Assembly (NCBI GenBank): GCA_045655105.1
Contig: JAZOOQ010000056.1
Coordinates: forward strand, 10,399 to 74,398
DNA: 64,000 bases
Source of the DNA: Alphaproteobacteria bacterium
Lineage (GTDB): Bacteria; Pseudomonadota; Alphaproteobacteria; CAAHEQ01; UBA3637
Direction of reading: 5' to 3'
The notes under the pieces were generated by a model. It worked only from the letters and a program-made list of their open reading frames with translations, was not told the origin of the DNA and searched no databases. This document shows, one piece after another, positions 37,606 through 47,928 of the stretch; position 1 is the first letter of the stretch; each line of letters begins with the position of its first letter. The position numbers and the translations under genes are program-made.

Positions 37606-39183
37606 ATGAGTTTAATGAAATCAATTATCAGTGTTGCATTTGGAACAAGTTTAAGCCGTGTTGTGGGGTTTGTTAGAGATATTCTAATCGCCAAATTTCT
37701 TGGTGCCAGTATGATGGCTGATGCTTTTTTTGTTGCGTTAAGATTTCCAAATCTTTTTCGATCTCTTTTCGCCGAAGGAACATTAAATGTGGCTTTTGTG
37801 CCGATTTTAGCAGGCATTATGCAATCAAAAGGTGAAAAAAAAGCACGTGTGTTTGCAAGAAATGTTTTTAGCTTTTTGTTTTATGTGTTGTTAATTTTTA
37901 CGATTTTAGTTGAAATTTTTATGCCAGATTTTATGTTTATTTTGGCACCAGGATTTGATAAAATTGATGGAAAGCTTGCATTAACAACAAATTTAAGTCG
38001 AATTACTTTTCCTTTTTTAATTTTTGTTTCGCTTGTTTCTCTTTTTGCAGGAATGTTAAACGCAAAAGAAAAGTTTTGGGCTGCTGCTTTTACTCCTACT
38101 ATTTTAAATTTAACTATGATTGGCTCTCTTTTTATGATCCGTCCTTTTTTAGATACACCTTATGCGGCAGCATATGCTCTTTCTATAGGTGTTTTATTGG
38201 CGGGTGTTATAGAGTTTGTTTTTCTGTTTTGGCACCTTAAAAAAGCTGATTTTTTAATAGGGCTTGTTTCTCCAATCAAAGCACTTTTTCATTTATCAAA
38301 AGAAGTAAAAACATTGTTAAAAAAAATGGCGCCTGGAGTTTTAGGGTCTGGTGTTTATCAAATTAATTTGTTTTTTGACACGTTTTTGGTTTCATTTGTT
38401 GGAGCAGGGGCCATTTCATGGCTCAATTATGCCCACCATTTATTTCAGTTGCCAGTTGGTATTATTGGAACGGCAATTGGAACAGCTCTTTTACCCTTGC
38501 TTTCAAAGCATATCAAGGCAAAGGAATTGGAAAAAGCAAATCAACAAGTGAGCAGAGCGCTTGAATTATCGGTTGCAATGTCAACAGCATCGATGGTTGG
38601 ATTAATGCTTTTAAGTGAACCAATTGTAAGAATTTTATTTGAACGAGGATTGTTTTCTTTTCAAGATTCGGTTCATACAGCTTGGGCATTGATTGTATTT
38701 TCAATTGGGTTACCTGCATATATGTTAACAAAAACTCTTTCCCCATTTTTCTTTGCAAAAGGGGATACAAAATCTCCAGTTCAAATAGCTATTGTTGGCG
38801 TAATTTTAAACGCAGTATTTGCAATTATTTTGATGCAATTTATGGGGTATTTAGGTATTGCACTTGCCACAGGAATTACTGTTTGGATTAATGCATTTCA
38901 ATATATGATTCGCCTTTATAAACAAGGTGAATTTAAAATAGATAGTCTTTGTAAATTTCGTTTGCCACGCATTTTGGTTTCAACTTTATTAATGGGTTTA
39001 ACTGTTTTTGGATTAAAAGTTCTGTTCAATCAAGTTTTTGATGGCTGGCAAAATGAAGCGTCATTATTATCCGTTTCATTGTTAGCTGTTTTAATTGGTT
39101 CAGCATTGATTGTTTTCTTTGGGTTTATTATTCTTTTAAAAGGTATTTTAATAAGTGATGTTAAAAAACTAATTAAAAGATGA
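37606..39183 (+). CDS. murJ: lipid II flippase MurJ (MviN)
   Basis: SRVVGFVRDILIAKFLGASMMADAFFVALRFPNLFRSLFAEG and 14 predicted TM helices. 525 aa. Confidence 0.9.
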   Translation: MSLMKSIISVAFGTSLSRVVGFVRDILIAKFLGASMMADAFFVALRFPNLFRSLFAEGTLNVAFVPILAGIMQSKGEKKARVFARNVFSFLFYVLLIFTILVEIFMPDFMFILAPGFDKIDGKLALTTNLSRITFPFLIFVSLVSLFAGMLNAKEKFWAAAFTPTILNLTMIGSLFMIRPFLDTPYAAAYALSIGVLLAGVIEFVFLFWHLKKADFLIGLVSPIKALFHLSKEVKTLLKKMAPGVLGSGVYQINLFFDTFLVSFVGAGAISWLNYAHHLFQLPVGIIGTAIGTALLPLLSKHIKAKELEKANQQVSRALELSVAMSTASMVGLMLLSEPIVRILFERGLFSFQDSVHTAWALIVFSIGLPAYMLTKTLSPFFFAKGDTKSPVQIAIVGVILNAVFAIILMQFMGYLGIALATGITVWINAFQYMIRLYKQGEFKIDSLCKFRLPRILVSTLLMGLTVFGLKVLFNQVFDGWQNEASLLSVSLLAVLIGSALIVFFGFIILLKGILISDVKKLIKR

Positions 39184-39198
39184 AATGGGAGATGAAAA

Positions 39199-40122
39199 TT
39201 GAAAAAACATATCTTGTTAACTGGTATTTGTTTAGTAATATTTTCAACTTTGGGATATATGGCTGGTTCTTTAAAATATCAACAAGAAACAAGTCAGCGT
39301 TTAAAAACATATCCACAACAGGTAATTTCAAAAATTGATTATAATCTTGATTCTTTGATTAATAAAGCTAAACAAGATGTTGATGGTAAATATATTGAAT
39401 CCATCGATATGAAGGGGCTTGAAGAACTTTATAAAGATATTAAAGCTGAAAGTGTTCCTTATGTTTTTGTTGAAAAAATTCCAGATGATTTTAAAGTTAC
39501 AAGCGTATCTGATCAAACTCTTTTTATGAAGTTGATGACGCCACATTTATTGCGTGTAAATGAAAAAATTATGCGCGAAAGAAAAGTGATTTTAATTTTG
39601 GAAGAAAAAATTAAAAATGATGAAAAATTAACATCCCATGAAGAACAATTTTTCAAAGAGATGATTGAAAAATATGATGTTGTTCATTTAAAAAGTAGAA
39701 TAGCGCAAATTTCAGAGCTAGTTCTTCGAGTAGATGTTATTCCCGTTTCAGTTGGTTTAGCTGTTGCCATTTGGTCCACCAATTGGGGACAAAAAGAAAA
39801 ACAATCACCTTTTTTTGAACATGGGTGGGATGAATCTGTTCAATATTTGCCAATCAAATTTGAAAAACTTTCACAAGCGGCTGAAAGTTTTGCATTGCAG
39901 TTAAATTCAAGGTCTCAACTTTCGCAAATAAGAGCTACGCGTGCGCACTTTCGGTTATTTAAAAACAATCCAACGTTTGGACAAGATCTTGTTTATGGTT
40001 TAAGAAACTATGCGCATTTTATTCCTTCTTTTATGGATCAAATTATGCTTGTTTATTCTCTTGGATATATAAAAGAAACAGATGGTTCTTGCTTTGATAA
40101 AGGATGTGAATTAACAAAATGA
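39199..40122 (+). CDS. Bax/FlgJ-like glucosaminidase-domain protein with N-terminal membrane anchor
   Basis: VSVGLAVAIWSTNWGQ resembles the FlgJ/Bax glucosaminidase motif AQAALESGWG. Confidence 0.4.
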   Translation: MKKHILLTGICLVIFSTLGYMAGSLKYQQETSQRLKTYPQQVISKIDYNLDSLINKAKQDVDGKYIESIDMKGLEELYKDIKAESVPYVFVEKIPDDFKVTSVSDQTLFMKLMTPHLLRVNEKIMRERKVILILEEKIKNDEKLTSHEEQFFKEMIEKYDVVHLKSRIAQISELVLRVDVIPVSVGLAVAIWSTNWGQKEKQSPFFEHGWDESVQYLPIKFEKLSQAAESFALQLNSRSQLSQIRATRAHFRLFKNNPTFGQDLVYGLRNYAHFIPSFMDQIMLVYSLGYIKETDGSCFDKGCELTK

Positions 40123-40535
40123 AACGTTTGATTTTATTATTAATATTTGGGATAACTTTTGATGTGAATGCTGCAGAATTAATGATTCAAACAAAAGAAA
40201 ACGCTTACCTCTATCAAACAGATATTGCTGATACGGTTGCAAAACAACAATTAGGTTTAATGTTTCAAAAAGAATTGCCTGAAAATTATGGGATGACTTT
40301 TTTATTTGATAAGATATCTATCTTAAAAATGTGGATGAAAAACACATATATCCCATTAGATATGATTTTTTTTGATGAGCATGGTATTATCACTCATATC
40401 CATAAAAATGCTGAGCCATTTAGTGAAGAATTGATTTCATCAAAAGAGCCGGCGAAAGGGGTTATTGAGGTTATTGCAGGTACTGTTGATGAAAAAAACA
40501 TTCAAATAGGTGATAAAATTAAGGTTTCTTATTGA
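40119..40535 (+). CDS. DUF192 family protein (secreted)
   Basis: Signal peptide; GLMFQKELPENYGMTFLFD...WMKNTYIPLDMIFFDEHG matches the DUF192 (COG1430) pattern. Confidence 0.6.
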   Translation: MKRLILLLIFGITFDVNAAELMIQTKENAYLYQTDIADTVAKQQLGLMFQKELPENYGMTFLFDKISILKMWMKNTYIPLDMIFFDEHGIITHIHKNAEPFSEELISSKEPAKGVIEVIAGTVDEKNIQIGDKIKVSY

Positions 40536-40541
40536 TTTATT

Positions 40542-41588
40542 TTATTCATCTTCATCAAAAATTAGCCCACGCCCTTCTTGAATTGACTTTCCCTCTAATA
40601 AATGTTTTTTAACGCTTTTCCTTAAAGAAGTATCCTCGGGTAATGAGTCAATTGAAAAATCAAGGTTTGATTTTTGTGTGTTGAATAAAAAGCGGAAAAA
40701 ATCATCCCCTGTATCTTCTTCATGAGGAGGTAACAGCATGAAAAGACTTTGAAAATACATAATATGACGATCTTTTGTTAAGAATAATTCCATTTGAAGA
40801 CTCAGCAACCAAGAGTGGCAACGATAAATAAGTTTTTGTGTGTTTGGAAAATATTTTCTAATATTTTTTTTAGCTAAGGCTAATGATTTGTCAACCATAT
40901 CAGGTTCTAATCTGCCATGTCGATCAATATGGATATTAATGCAAATATCACCTGGTTGAATTAAAATTTCATCTTTGATTTTTTTATGAGCTTTATCTAA
41001 AATTTTCTTATTTCCTTTTTTATCTTTAACAATAATAAATGGATCACGGTAATAAGAATATTCAAATTGAAGACGCCCAAATTTCATTAATAGCTGGCGA
41101 ACAAAACGAATTCCCCAAGCTAATGAACCATAACTAATTCCATTGATTTTATAAAGTTTCAGTCCTCTTAAAATGGTTTCTCTAATGCCAATAATTTGAT
41201 GTTCTTTTTGTTCTTTATCACAGTCTTTTAAGGCTTGTTTATGTTTTTGAACAGCGCTTAAAAGAACTAAGGCTGAAATATCCGCACGAGGAGGTTTTGC
41301 TTTCCAATATTCCATTTCCAAAAATTCATCATCTTTGGTTTCAAAAGAAATATATTTGATTAATAGGGCGGCTTTTTTAAGAACTTTATTTGTTTTAAAT
41401 TCATCAATTAAGTTTAAACAATGTTGATAAAATTCAACTTCTTCTTCCAAACCATAAAACTTGAAAGCAGTTGCTAATTCCTTTTTTGTTATAACGGATT
41501 TTTTAAGAGAAATGGATTGTTCATATTTAACAAAACTTTCTGGTATTGTTTTGAGATTTAAAACCTCTTTAATCTCTTCGATATGCAT
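40542..41588 (-). CDS. hypothetical protein, 348 aa, family not recognised
   Basis: Long ORF with no diagnostic motif recognised by eye. It might have a DUF2156/GNAT-like acyltransferase C-terminal fold, but that is speculative. Confidence 0.4.
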   Translation of the reverse strand: MHIEEIKEVLNLKTIPESFVKYEQSISLKKSVITKKELATAFKFYGLEEEVEFYQHCLNLIDEFKTNKVLKKAALLIKYISFETKDDEFLEMEYWKAKPPRADISALVLLSAVQKHKQALKDCDKEQKEHQIIGIRETILRGLKLYKINGISYGSLAWGIRFVRQLLMKFGRLQFEYSYYRDPFIIVKDKKGNKKILDKAHKKIKDEILIQPGDICINIHIDRHGRLEPDMVDKSLALAKKNIRKYFPNTQKLIYRCHSWLLSLQMELFLTKDRHIMYFQSLFMLLPPHEEDTGDDFFRFLFNTQKSNLDFSIDSLPEDTSLRKSVKKHLLEGKSIQEGRGLIFDEDE

Positions 41589-41730
41589 AAAAGTCCCCTA
41601 TCGGTATATAAACATAGATGGTCAAGAGTATAAAAAATAAAAAGATTTTCTGTCAATAAAAAATAATCTTGAAATTAAAAAAAAATAGTTATAGGCTTAA
41701 AAAAGAAGTGTTATTGTTTAGGGAGGAAAC

Positions 41731-42477
41731 ATGAAAGTTCTTATTTTAAAAACAAAAGAAGATGCTTGTGATTGGGTTGCAAATCATTTAATACAAGCAA
41801 TTAAAGTGTTTTTACCAACAAAAGAAAAACCATTTTTGGTTTTGGGTTTACCAACAGGGTCAACACCAATTCTTGTTTATGAAAAATTGGTAAAGGCTTA
41901 TCAAGCAAAAGAAATTTCTTTTAAAAATGTTGTAACCTTTAATATGGATGAATATTTGGGACTTGCACCAACGCATGACCAAAGTTATCATTATTTTATG
42001 GATGAAAATTTATTTAACCATATTGATATACCAAAAGATCAAATTCATATTTTAGATGGATTAGCTGTAGATCCAGAAGAAGAATGTCGTCTTTATGAAG
42101 AAAAAATTACTTCTTTTGGTGGTATTGATATTCAATTAGGTGGTATTGGCGAAAATGGACATTTAGCTTTTAATGAGCCAGGAACATCTTTTGATTCATT
42201 AACGCATATTCAACAGTTAACCGAAAATACAATTGAAGTGAACTCAAGATTTTTTAACAAAAAATCAGATGTTCCACAAAAAGCATTAACTATTGGTCTT
42301 AAAACTATTTTTAATGCAAAAGAAGTGATTGTGTTGGCACTTGGAGATAAAAAGAAAGAAGCTGTTTATCAAAGTACAAGAGGAGAGGTTTCTTATCAAT
42401 GCCCAGCATCAATGATTCAAAATCATCCAAATGGGATTTTTGTTGTTGATGAAGGGGCGGCTTTAAAACTTTCATAA
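41731..42477 (+). CDS. nagB: glucosamine-6-phosphate deaminase
   Basis: LGLPTGSTP, NMDEYLGL, and GIGENGHLAFNEPG. AGGGAGG Shine-Dalgarno. Confidence 0.85.
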   Translation: MKVLILKTKEDACDWVANHLIQAIKVFLPTKEKPFLVLGLPTGSTPILVYEKLVKAYQAKEISFKNVVTFNMDEYLGLAPTHDQSYHYFMDENLFNHIDIPKDQIHILDGLAVDPEEECRLYEEKITSFGGIDIQLGGIGENGHLAFNEPGTSFDSLTHIQQLTENTIEVNSRFFNKKSDVPQKALTIGLKTIFNAKEVIVLALGDKKKEAVYQSTRGEVSYQCPASMIQNHPNGIFVVDEGAALKLS

Positions 42478-42524
42478 AAAAGATCTTTTAAAAGTTATTG
42501 TTATTTAAAAAGGGGGAAATAATT

Positions 42525-42992
42525 ATGACGAAGAAAAAGAATTTATCTGTTTTTCCAGAATATGATGAAAAAAATGGCATGTTTTTAGGATATGCTGTTA
42601 AGCAAGGTACATTTTTCTTAAAGGATCAAAATGGCAAAAAGATCATTTTATCTGTTCAAACAGATCAACAAGGATTATTTGTTTCTTATCAAGGCGAAAA
42701 GTGGAGCATCCATGAAAAAGAGTATGAAATAGCAACTGAAGCACAACTGAAATTTAAGCTAAAAGTTCAAAATGGGCATTTTCAAGGGTATACAATTTTG
42801 CAATATGATGAAAAAGAAAATAAATTAATGCCTCGTGGCACAATTGGAACGCAAGATATTAAATATAAGCGAGCTGAAAATGGATCAGTTGATTGTTTTT
42901 ATGAAGATATGCAGGCAGATGGTTCTTGTAAAACATATTTTATTTCGCAAATGACTCAAGAGGAATATGATCTTCTTCAATATTTTTCATAA
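42525..42992 (+). CDS. hypothetical protein (155 aa)
   Basis: ORF with an AAGGGGG Shine-Dalgarno before the ATG at 42525. No recognised family. Confidence 0.4.
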   Translation: MTKKKNLSVFPEYDEKNGMFLGYAVKQGTFFLKDQNGKKIILSVQTDQQGLFVSYQGEKWSIHEKEYEIATEAQLKFKLKVQNGHFQGYTILQYDEKENKLMPRGTIGTQDIKYKRAENGSVDCFYEDMQADGSCKTYFISQMTQEEYDLLQYFS

Positions 42993-43114
42993 GCGTTTTT
43001 TTGTTAGTTTGTTGAATTAATTAAAAAAGATCTCGAACACTTGCCTTTTTATTTAAAAAAGGATAAAATAAAATCCTAATAAAAAACTTTAAGTCAAACA
43101 GGCAAGGAAAACAA

Positions 43115-43831
43115 ATGTTCTTTTCAAAGAAAAATAATGAAAAAAAGACAACTCTTAAAACATATTTTTTTACAGGGGTGATTGTTACAGCGCCTATTGC
43201 TATTACGCTTTATTTGGCAATAGAGTTTATTGCTTTTATTGACACAAAGGTAACGGGATTTATTCCTGCGGCTTATAATCCAAACACCTTTTTGCCATAT
43301 GGATTGCCTGGTATTGGTATTATTCTTCTTCTTTTATTTTTTACAGGTATTGGCGTATTAACAGCCAATTTTATTGGTCAATATTTTATGCGTTTGGGAT
43401 TAAAAGTGATTGGTAAAATGCCTGTTATTTCAGGTCTTTATAATGCTATTCGTAAGATTTTTGAAACATTATTAGGTGAAGATAAAACAAAAGCATTTAG
43501 AAAAGCTGTTTTAATTGAATATCCAAGAAGAGATTTATGGACAATCGCTTTTTTAACAGGGCCAGTTGCGCCTCAAATTAATGAAGCATTAAATCAGGAT
43601 GATTTAATTAGCGTTTATGTGCCAACAACACCTAATCCAACATCAGGTTTTTTTCTTTATGTTCCTAAAAAAGATGTGAAAGAATTAGATATATCTGTTG
43701 ATGATGCTCTAAAAGTTGTTTTATCAACGGGGATTATTCCACCAAAAGAAAATGAGTTATCAAAAGAGCATAAAGAAAAACAAGACTCACAAAAGAAATC
43801 GATAAAACGCACTCAAAAGCAAAAAAAGTAA
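43115..43831 (+). CDS. DUF502 family membrane protein
   Basis: LKTYFFTGVIVTAPIAITLYLAIEFIAFID...LPGIGIILLLLFFTGIG and PTTPNPTSGF are typical of DUF502. Confidence 0.65.
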   Translation: MFFSKKNNEKKTTLKTYFFTGVIVTAPIAITLYLAIEFIAFIDTKVTGFIPAAYNPNTFLPYGLPGIGIILLLLFFTGIGVLTANFIGQYFMRLGLKVIGKMPVISGLYNAIRKIFETLLGEDKTKAFRKAVLIEYPRRDLWTIAFLTGPVAPQINEALNQDDLISVYVPTTPNPTSGFFLYVPKKDVKELDISVDDALKVVLSTGIIPPKENELSKEHKEKQDSQKKSIKRTQKQKK

Positions 43832-43832
43832 G

Positions 43833-44801
43833 TTAATCTGCTTGAGTATTTAAAAAGTTTTTAAGCGCCTCCAAATCTCTTGCTGCAAGAATTTGCTTAT
43901 AAATTTTTGCGTTTGGTGTGGAATGGAAAAGACCCATCAAGTGGGGGCAAATAATGCTTAATTTATCTTTATTTTTTTCCAAATAAGGAATCATCTTTTC
44001 AAGAATTTCTTTTCGAGAAGGTATCAGAGCATTGTCTTGATAAAAAAGGGAATCAACTTTTGCCAAAGCATATGGATTTCCATAAGCCAAGCGTCCGATC
44101 ATAGCACCATCAACTTGGACTAAGTGTTCTTGTGCACTTTCCAACGATAAAATGTTTCCATTGATTGAAATAAGCATATCGGGAAAACTTTTTTTTAGCC
44201 GATAAACAACTTCATAATTTAACCCCATTTTATCTGCACGGTTATCTTTTGGAGACCAATTAAGTTTTGCTTTTCGAGCATGAACAATTAAGTGGTCGCA
44301 TCCTGCTTGTTTAACTAAATTTGCAAAATTAAAAAGAGCATTAAATCCATCTCCAGGAACATCTGAAAGAGAAATTCTTGTTTTAACACTGATAGGTATA
44401 TTTACAGCAGATTTCATTTCACTAACACATTCAGCAACAAGTTCTGGTGTGTTCATTAAAATGGCCCCGAAACGTCCTGCTTGAACACGAGAAGATGGGC
44501 AACCTGCATTGATGTTAAGTTCTTTATATCCATAATCAGCACCAATACGCGCACATTCTTTCATCATTGAGGGATGTGAGCCTCCGATTTGTAAAACAAG
44601 AGGATGTTCTGTTTCATCATATCCAAGTAATTTTTCTTTATCGCCTAATAAAATGGCGGGAGCCGCAATCATTTCGGAATAAAAAACGGCATGTTTTGTA
44701 ATTTGTCTCAAAAAAAAGCGAAAGTGTCTATCTGTCCAATCCAACATTGGAGCAATAGATATTTTGTGGTCTAATAAGTTTTTTTCTTGAATTTCGCGCA
44801 T
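43833..44801 (-). CDS. dusA: tRNA-dihydrouridine synthase A
   Basis: ISIAPMLDWTDRHFRFFLR, NINAGCP, and the TIM-barrel FMN motif. 322 aa. Confidence 0.85.
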   Translation of the reverse strand: MREIQEKNLLDHKISIAPMLDWTDRHFRFFLRQITKHAVFYSEMIAAPAILLGDKEKLLGYDETEHPLVLQIGGSHPSMMKECARIGADYGYKELNINAGCPSSRVQAGRFGAILMNTPELVAECVSEMKSAVNIPISVKTRISLSDVPGDGFNALFNFANLVKQAGCDHLIVHARKAKLNWSPKDNRADKMGLNYEVVYRLKKSFPDMLISINGNILSLESAQEHLVQVDGAMIGRLAYGNPYALAKVDSLFYQDNALIPSRKEILEKMIPYLEKNKDKLSIICPHLMGLFHSTPNAKIYKQILAARDLEALKNFLNTQAD

Positions 44802-44888
44802 TTTTAATGTATCTTTACGTTATAAATTATTTTATTTACGAAATTATAGCCTATTTAGATAAAAAAATCAAAAGAAAAGGAGGAATGG

Positions 44889-45110
44889 ATGACTCTTTCA
44901 GAAAATGAAATGAAAAAAGTTCAAACATATTTACAACAATTGTTTTGGAATCCTGAAATTAATGTTCAAAAAGGGTCAGGCATTGATGCGCCAGCTGAAG
45001 TTTTTGTTGGAAAAGAATTTGTTGGTGTTATTTATAAAAACAATGATGATGGCGAAATTTCTTTTGATTGGAATATGTCTATTTTAGCAGAAGATATTGA
45101 ACAATTTTAA
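44889..45110 (+). CDS. DUF3126 family small protein
   Basis: VQTYLQQLFWNPEINVQKG...AEVFVGKEFVGVIYKNNDDGEISFDWNM matches the alphaproteobacterial DUF3126 pattern. Confidence 0.55.
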   Translation: MTLSENEMKKVQTYLQQLFWNPEINVQKGSGIDAPAEVFVGKEFVGVIYKNNDDGEISFDWNMSILAEDIEQF

Positions 45111-45130
45111 TATATAATTGTTAAAAAAAA

Positions 45131-45164
45131 GCCTCAAAACTTGAAAAAGTTTTGAGGCTTTTTT
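45131..45164. terminator. bidirectional Rho-independent terminator
   Basis: gcctcaaaac-ttgaaaaa-gttttgaggc 10-bp stem, flanked by an a8 run and a t6 run. Confidence 0.7.
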
Positions 45165-45165
45165 A

Positions 45166-46227
45166 TTATCCCATTCCATTAGATCCATTTCTTTGATTAT
45201 TTAATAAATCAGCCAAAGGAACACCAAGTTGGTTTTGTTGATTCATTCGATTATCAAAATAATTTCGGATAACAGCTGCACGTTCTTTATCTTCAAAAAC
45301 AGCCTCAAAATCAATTGGGATACTGGCCATCCCTAAGTGATAATTAGCACCATGTTCTTTTATTTGATCATCAACATATTGGCGAACTAAATCAATTTCT
45401 TGATTTGAAAGTCCTGCTTGTAACATTTCTGAACGTTTGATGCCTCTAAAAACTTCTTCGTCTAATTTTCTTTGAGCTTCAAATTGCAAAAGTGCATTAT
45501 TTGACCATCCTCCTAAGAATTCTGGCATATAACGATCCCAAAAGTCTGGTTCTCCATATGTTTTATTTAAAACCCAAACGTTTTGCATTTGGTCATGCAT
45601 ATTCATATTTTGTGAGAAAAGACCTTGAATAGGGTTGAGGTTCATAAAAGAAGGATTTGTTGGTGTATAAGTGGCTAATTTGCCTTGATTAAATAAAGAG
45701 ATATTTTCAGTTTGTGGATTATTTGGGTGTAATATATTTTGTGATTCAGCTAAAGACATACCACTTTGAATATGTTTTCTGCTATCAGTTGCCATCACAG
45801 TTGATTGTTCAAAATCTGCTTTTGAGAAAGTGTGATGCTGATTATTAAAAGGATTAACTGGAACAAAAGTGCCATTTTCCTTGATTCGGTATTCAAAGTG
45901 AAGGTGAATGGCATAATTTCCACCAGAATTGCCAACATTTCCAAGCCAATCTCCTTTTTGTACTGGGCTTCCAACAGTTAAATGTTTGGGTGAACTAGCT
46001 AAGTGAGCAAAACGCATCATTTTAGTGCCATCTTCGCTGATTAAATCAACCGTGTGGCCATATCCACGTCTATATGAAACAGAATGAACTTTAAATCCAG
46101 AAATAGGGCAACCAAGTGGCACATTTTTTTTACCCCCAGTTCCAAGATCAATCCCAGCATGACGGCGTCTACCTCCTGATCTGCTTGCACCAAAACGTTG
46201 AGGCGCCCATCCAAAATTAAAAACCAT
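45166..46227 (-). CDS. M23 family metallopeptidase-domain protein
   Basis: HAGIDLG...GYGHTVDL...GNVGNSGGNYAIHLHFE matches the LytM/M23 fold. Confidence 0.7.
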   Translation of the reverse strand: MVFNFGWAPQRFGASRSGGRRRHAGIDLGTGGKKNVPLGCPISGFKVHSVSYRRGYGHTVDLISEDGTKMMRFAHLASSPKHLTVGSPVQKGDWLGNVGNSGGNYAIHLHFEYRIKENGTFVPVNPFNNQHHTFSKADFEQSTVMATDSRKHIQSGMSLAESQNILHPNNPQTENISLFNQGKLATYTPTNPSFMNLNPIQGLFSQNMNMHDQMQNVWVLNKTYGEPDFWDRYMPEFLGGWSNNALLQFEAQRKLDEEVFRGIKRSEMLQAGLSNQEIDLVRQYVDDQIKEHGANYHLGMASIPIDFEAVFEDKERAAVIRNYFDNRMNQQNQLGVPLADLLNNQRNGSNGMG

Positions 46228-46359
46228 TTTTTACCCCTTTGTTATAAGTTTCTTTCATTTATTATATCACAAAAAAATTAAAAAGACGATTTTTTTATTT
46301 CTTTTTTTTAACTTTTTGATTAAAAATTAAGAAAGATTTTAATATAGAAAGGATTTTTT

Positions 46360-47928
46360 ATGCGCTTTTTATCACTGACTTTATTTTTGGGTTTAAGTTT
46401 AGCCACTGTTTCAGCTTCAGCAGAAAATTATATGTTGGAACTTATTCATTCAAATGATTTGCATTCTAATTTTTTGCCATTTAAAATGGATGGCTCAAGT
46501 TGTGAAGATCAAAATTGTTTGGGTGGTTTTGCAAGAATTAAAACATTTATTGATGAAAAAAGAAATGAAAATCCAAATCTTGTTTTGCTTGATGCGGGGG
46601 ACCGGTTTTCTGGAACAGTGTTCTATACGCTTCGAAAAGGGCAAGATATTCCTTTGTTATTAAATGAAATGAGTTATGATGCTATGGCTCTTGGAAACCA
46701 TGATTTTGATGATGGATTAAAAGAGTTAGAATCATTTGAAGAAAAAATGAATGCCCCATTACTTTCAGCAAATACACTTTTCCCTAAAGGGCATAGTCTT
46801 GAAAAAAATATTCAAAAAGCGCTTGTTCTTCATAAAAATAATCGTCAAATTGGGGTGATTTCCTTATTAACAATGGATGCAAAAATAACAAGTTCAAAAG
46901 CATCGGAAATTGAATTAGCAGAGCATTATGAAACGGTTACCCCATTGATTCAAAAATTAAAAGATCAAGGTGTTGATATTATTATTTTGTTGAATCATAT
47001 TGGGATTGATGAAGATGTTAAATTAGCGAGCCAGCTAACAAATGTTGATATTATTGTGAGTGCACATACACACACGTTGCTTTCCAATAATTTAAATGAA
47101 AAAGAATCAAAAGGAAGTTATCCAGTTATTGTTCCTGATAAAGAAGGGAAAAATGTTTTAATTGTTTCTTCGGGATATGGTGGGCAATATTTGGGTCATT
47201 TAACGGCTTTTTTTGATGAAAAAGGAGAAGTTGTTTCATATTCTGGAGATACAGTTGCTATTGATAAGAATATCAAACCTAATTTGGAATTAGAAAGCAA
47301 AATTAAAGAGATTGAAAAAAAAGTGGATCTAATTTTAAATGAAAAGATTTTTAAGGCGTCAAAAGATATTCCTTTAACGCATAATAAGTTGTTTTGTTCA
47401 GAATCTTGTTATGTGGGAGAGGTGCTTACTAATTCGTTATTGATTGCAGCTAAAGAAGTGGACAAAGAAGTTGATTTTGCATTCTTAAATGCAGGCGGTA
47501 TTCGCTCTGGAATGAAAGCAGGAGAGGTAACTTTTAAAAATATGGCTCAAAGTTATCCATTTGATTCAAAAGCAGTGATTGTTAAAATCAAAGGAGCGGA
47601 TTTAGAAAGTTATTTAAATTTTGGATTAAAAGAATATGTTCCAGATGATCGCACAAATACTTTTATTCAAACTGCAGGTTTAGGATATTTATTTTCAGGG
47701 AAAGACAAAAAAATTAAAAAAATCTTTTTAAAAGAAGGTTCTCTTGATTTAAATAAAGACTATTTGGTTGTGATGCCATCCTTTCTTGCCAATGGTGGTG
47801 ATGGATTCCCTGCTTTAGAAATTGTGAAAGAAATTTCTTCAGATACAATTCGAAATGTTATGATTAATGTTTTAAAAAACAAAGGAGTAGAACCTTTTCA
47901 AAATCGTATTAAAAAAATGTTTGATTAA
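46360..47928 (+). CDS. periplasmic bifunctional metallophosphatase/5'-nucleotidase (UshA-like)
   Basis: Signal peptide; IHSNDLHS, GNHDFD, and a C-terminal 5'-nucleotidase domain. Confidence 0.8.
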   Translation: MRFLSLTLFLGLSLATVSASAENYMLELIHSNDLHSNFLPFKMDGSSCEDQNCLGGFARIKTFIDEKRNENPNLVLLDAGDRFSGTVFYTLRKGQDIPLLLNEMSYDAMALGNHDFDDGLKELESFEEKMNAPLLSANTLFPKGHSLEKNIQKALVLHKNNRQIGVISLLTMDAKITSSKASEIELAEHYETVTPLIQKLKDQGVDIIILLNHIGIDEDVKLASQLTNVDIIVSAHTHTLLSNNLNEKESKGSYPVIVPDKEGKNVLIVSSGYGGQYLGHLTAFFDEKGEVVSYSGDTVAIDKNIKPNLELESKIKEIEKKVDLILNEKIFKASKDIPLTHNKLFCSESCYVGEVLTNSLLIAAKEVDKEVDFAFLNAGGIRSGMKAGEVTFKNMAQSYPFDSKAVIVKIKGADLESYLNFGLKEYVPDDRTNTFIQTAGLGYLFSGKDKKIKKIFLKEGSLDLNKDYLVVMPSFLANGGDGFPALEIVKEISSDTIRNVMINVLKNKGVEPFQNRIKKMFD

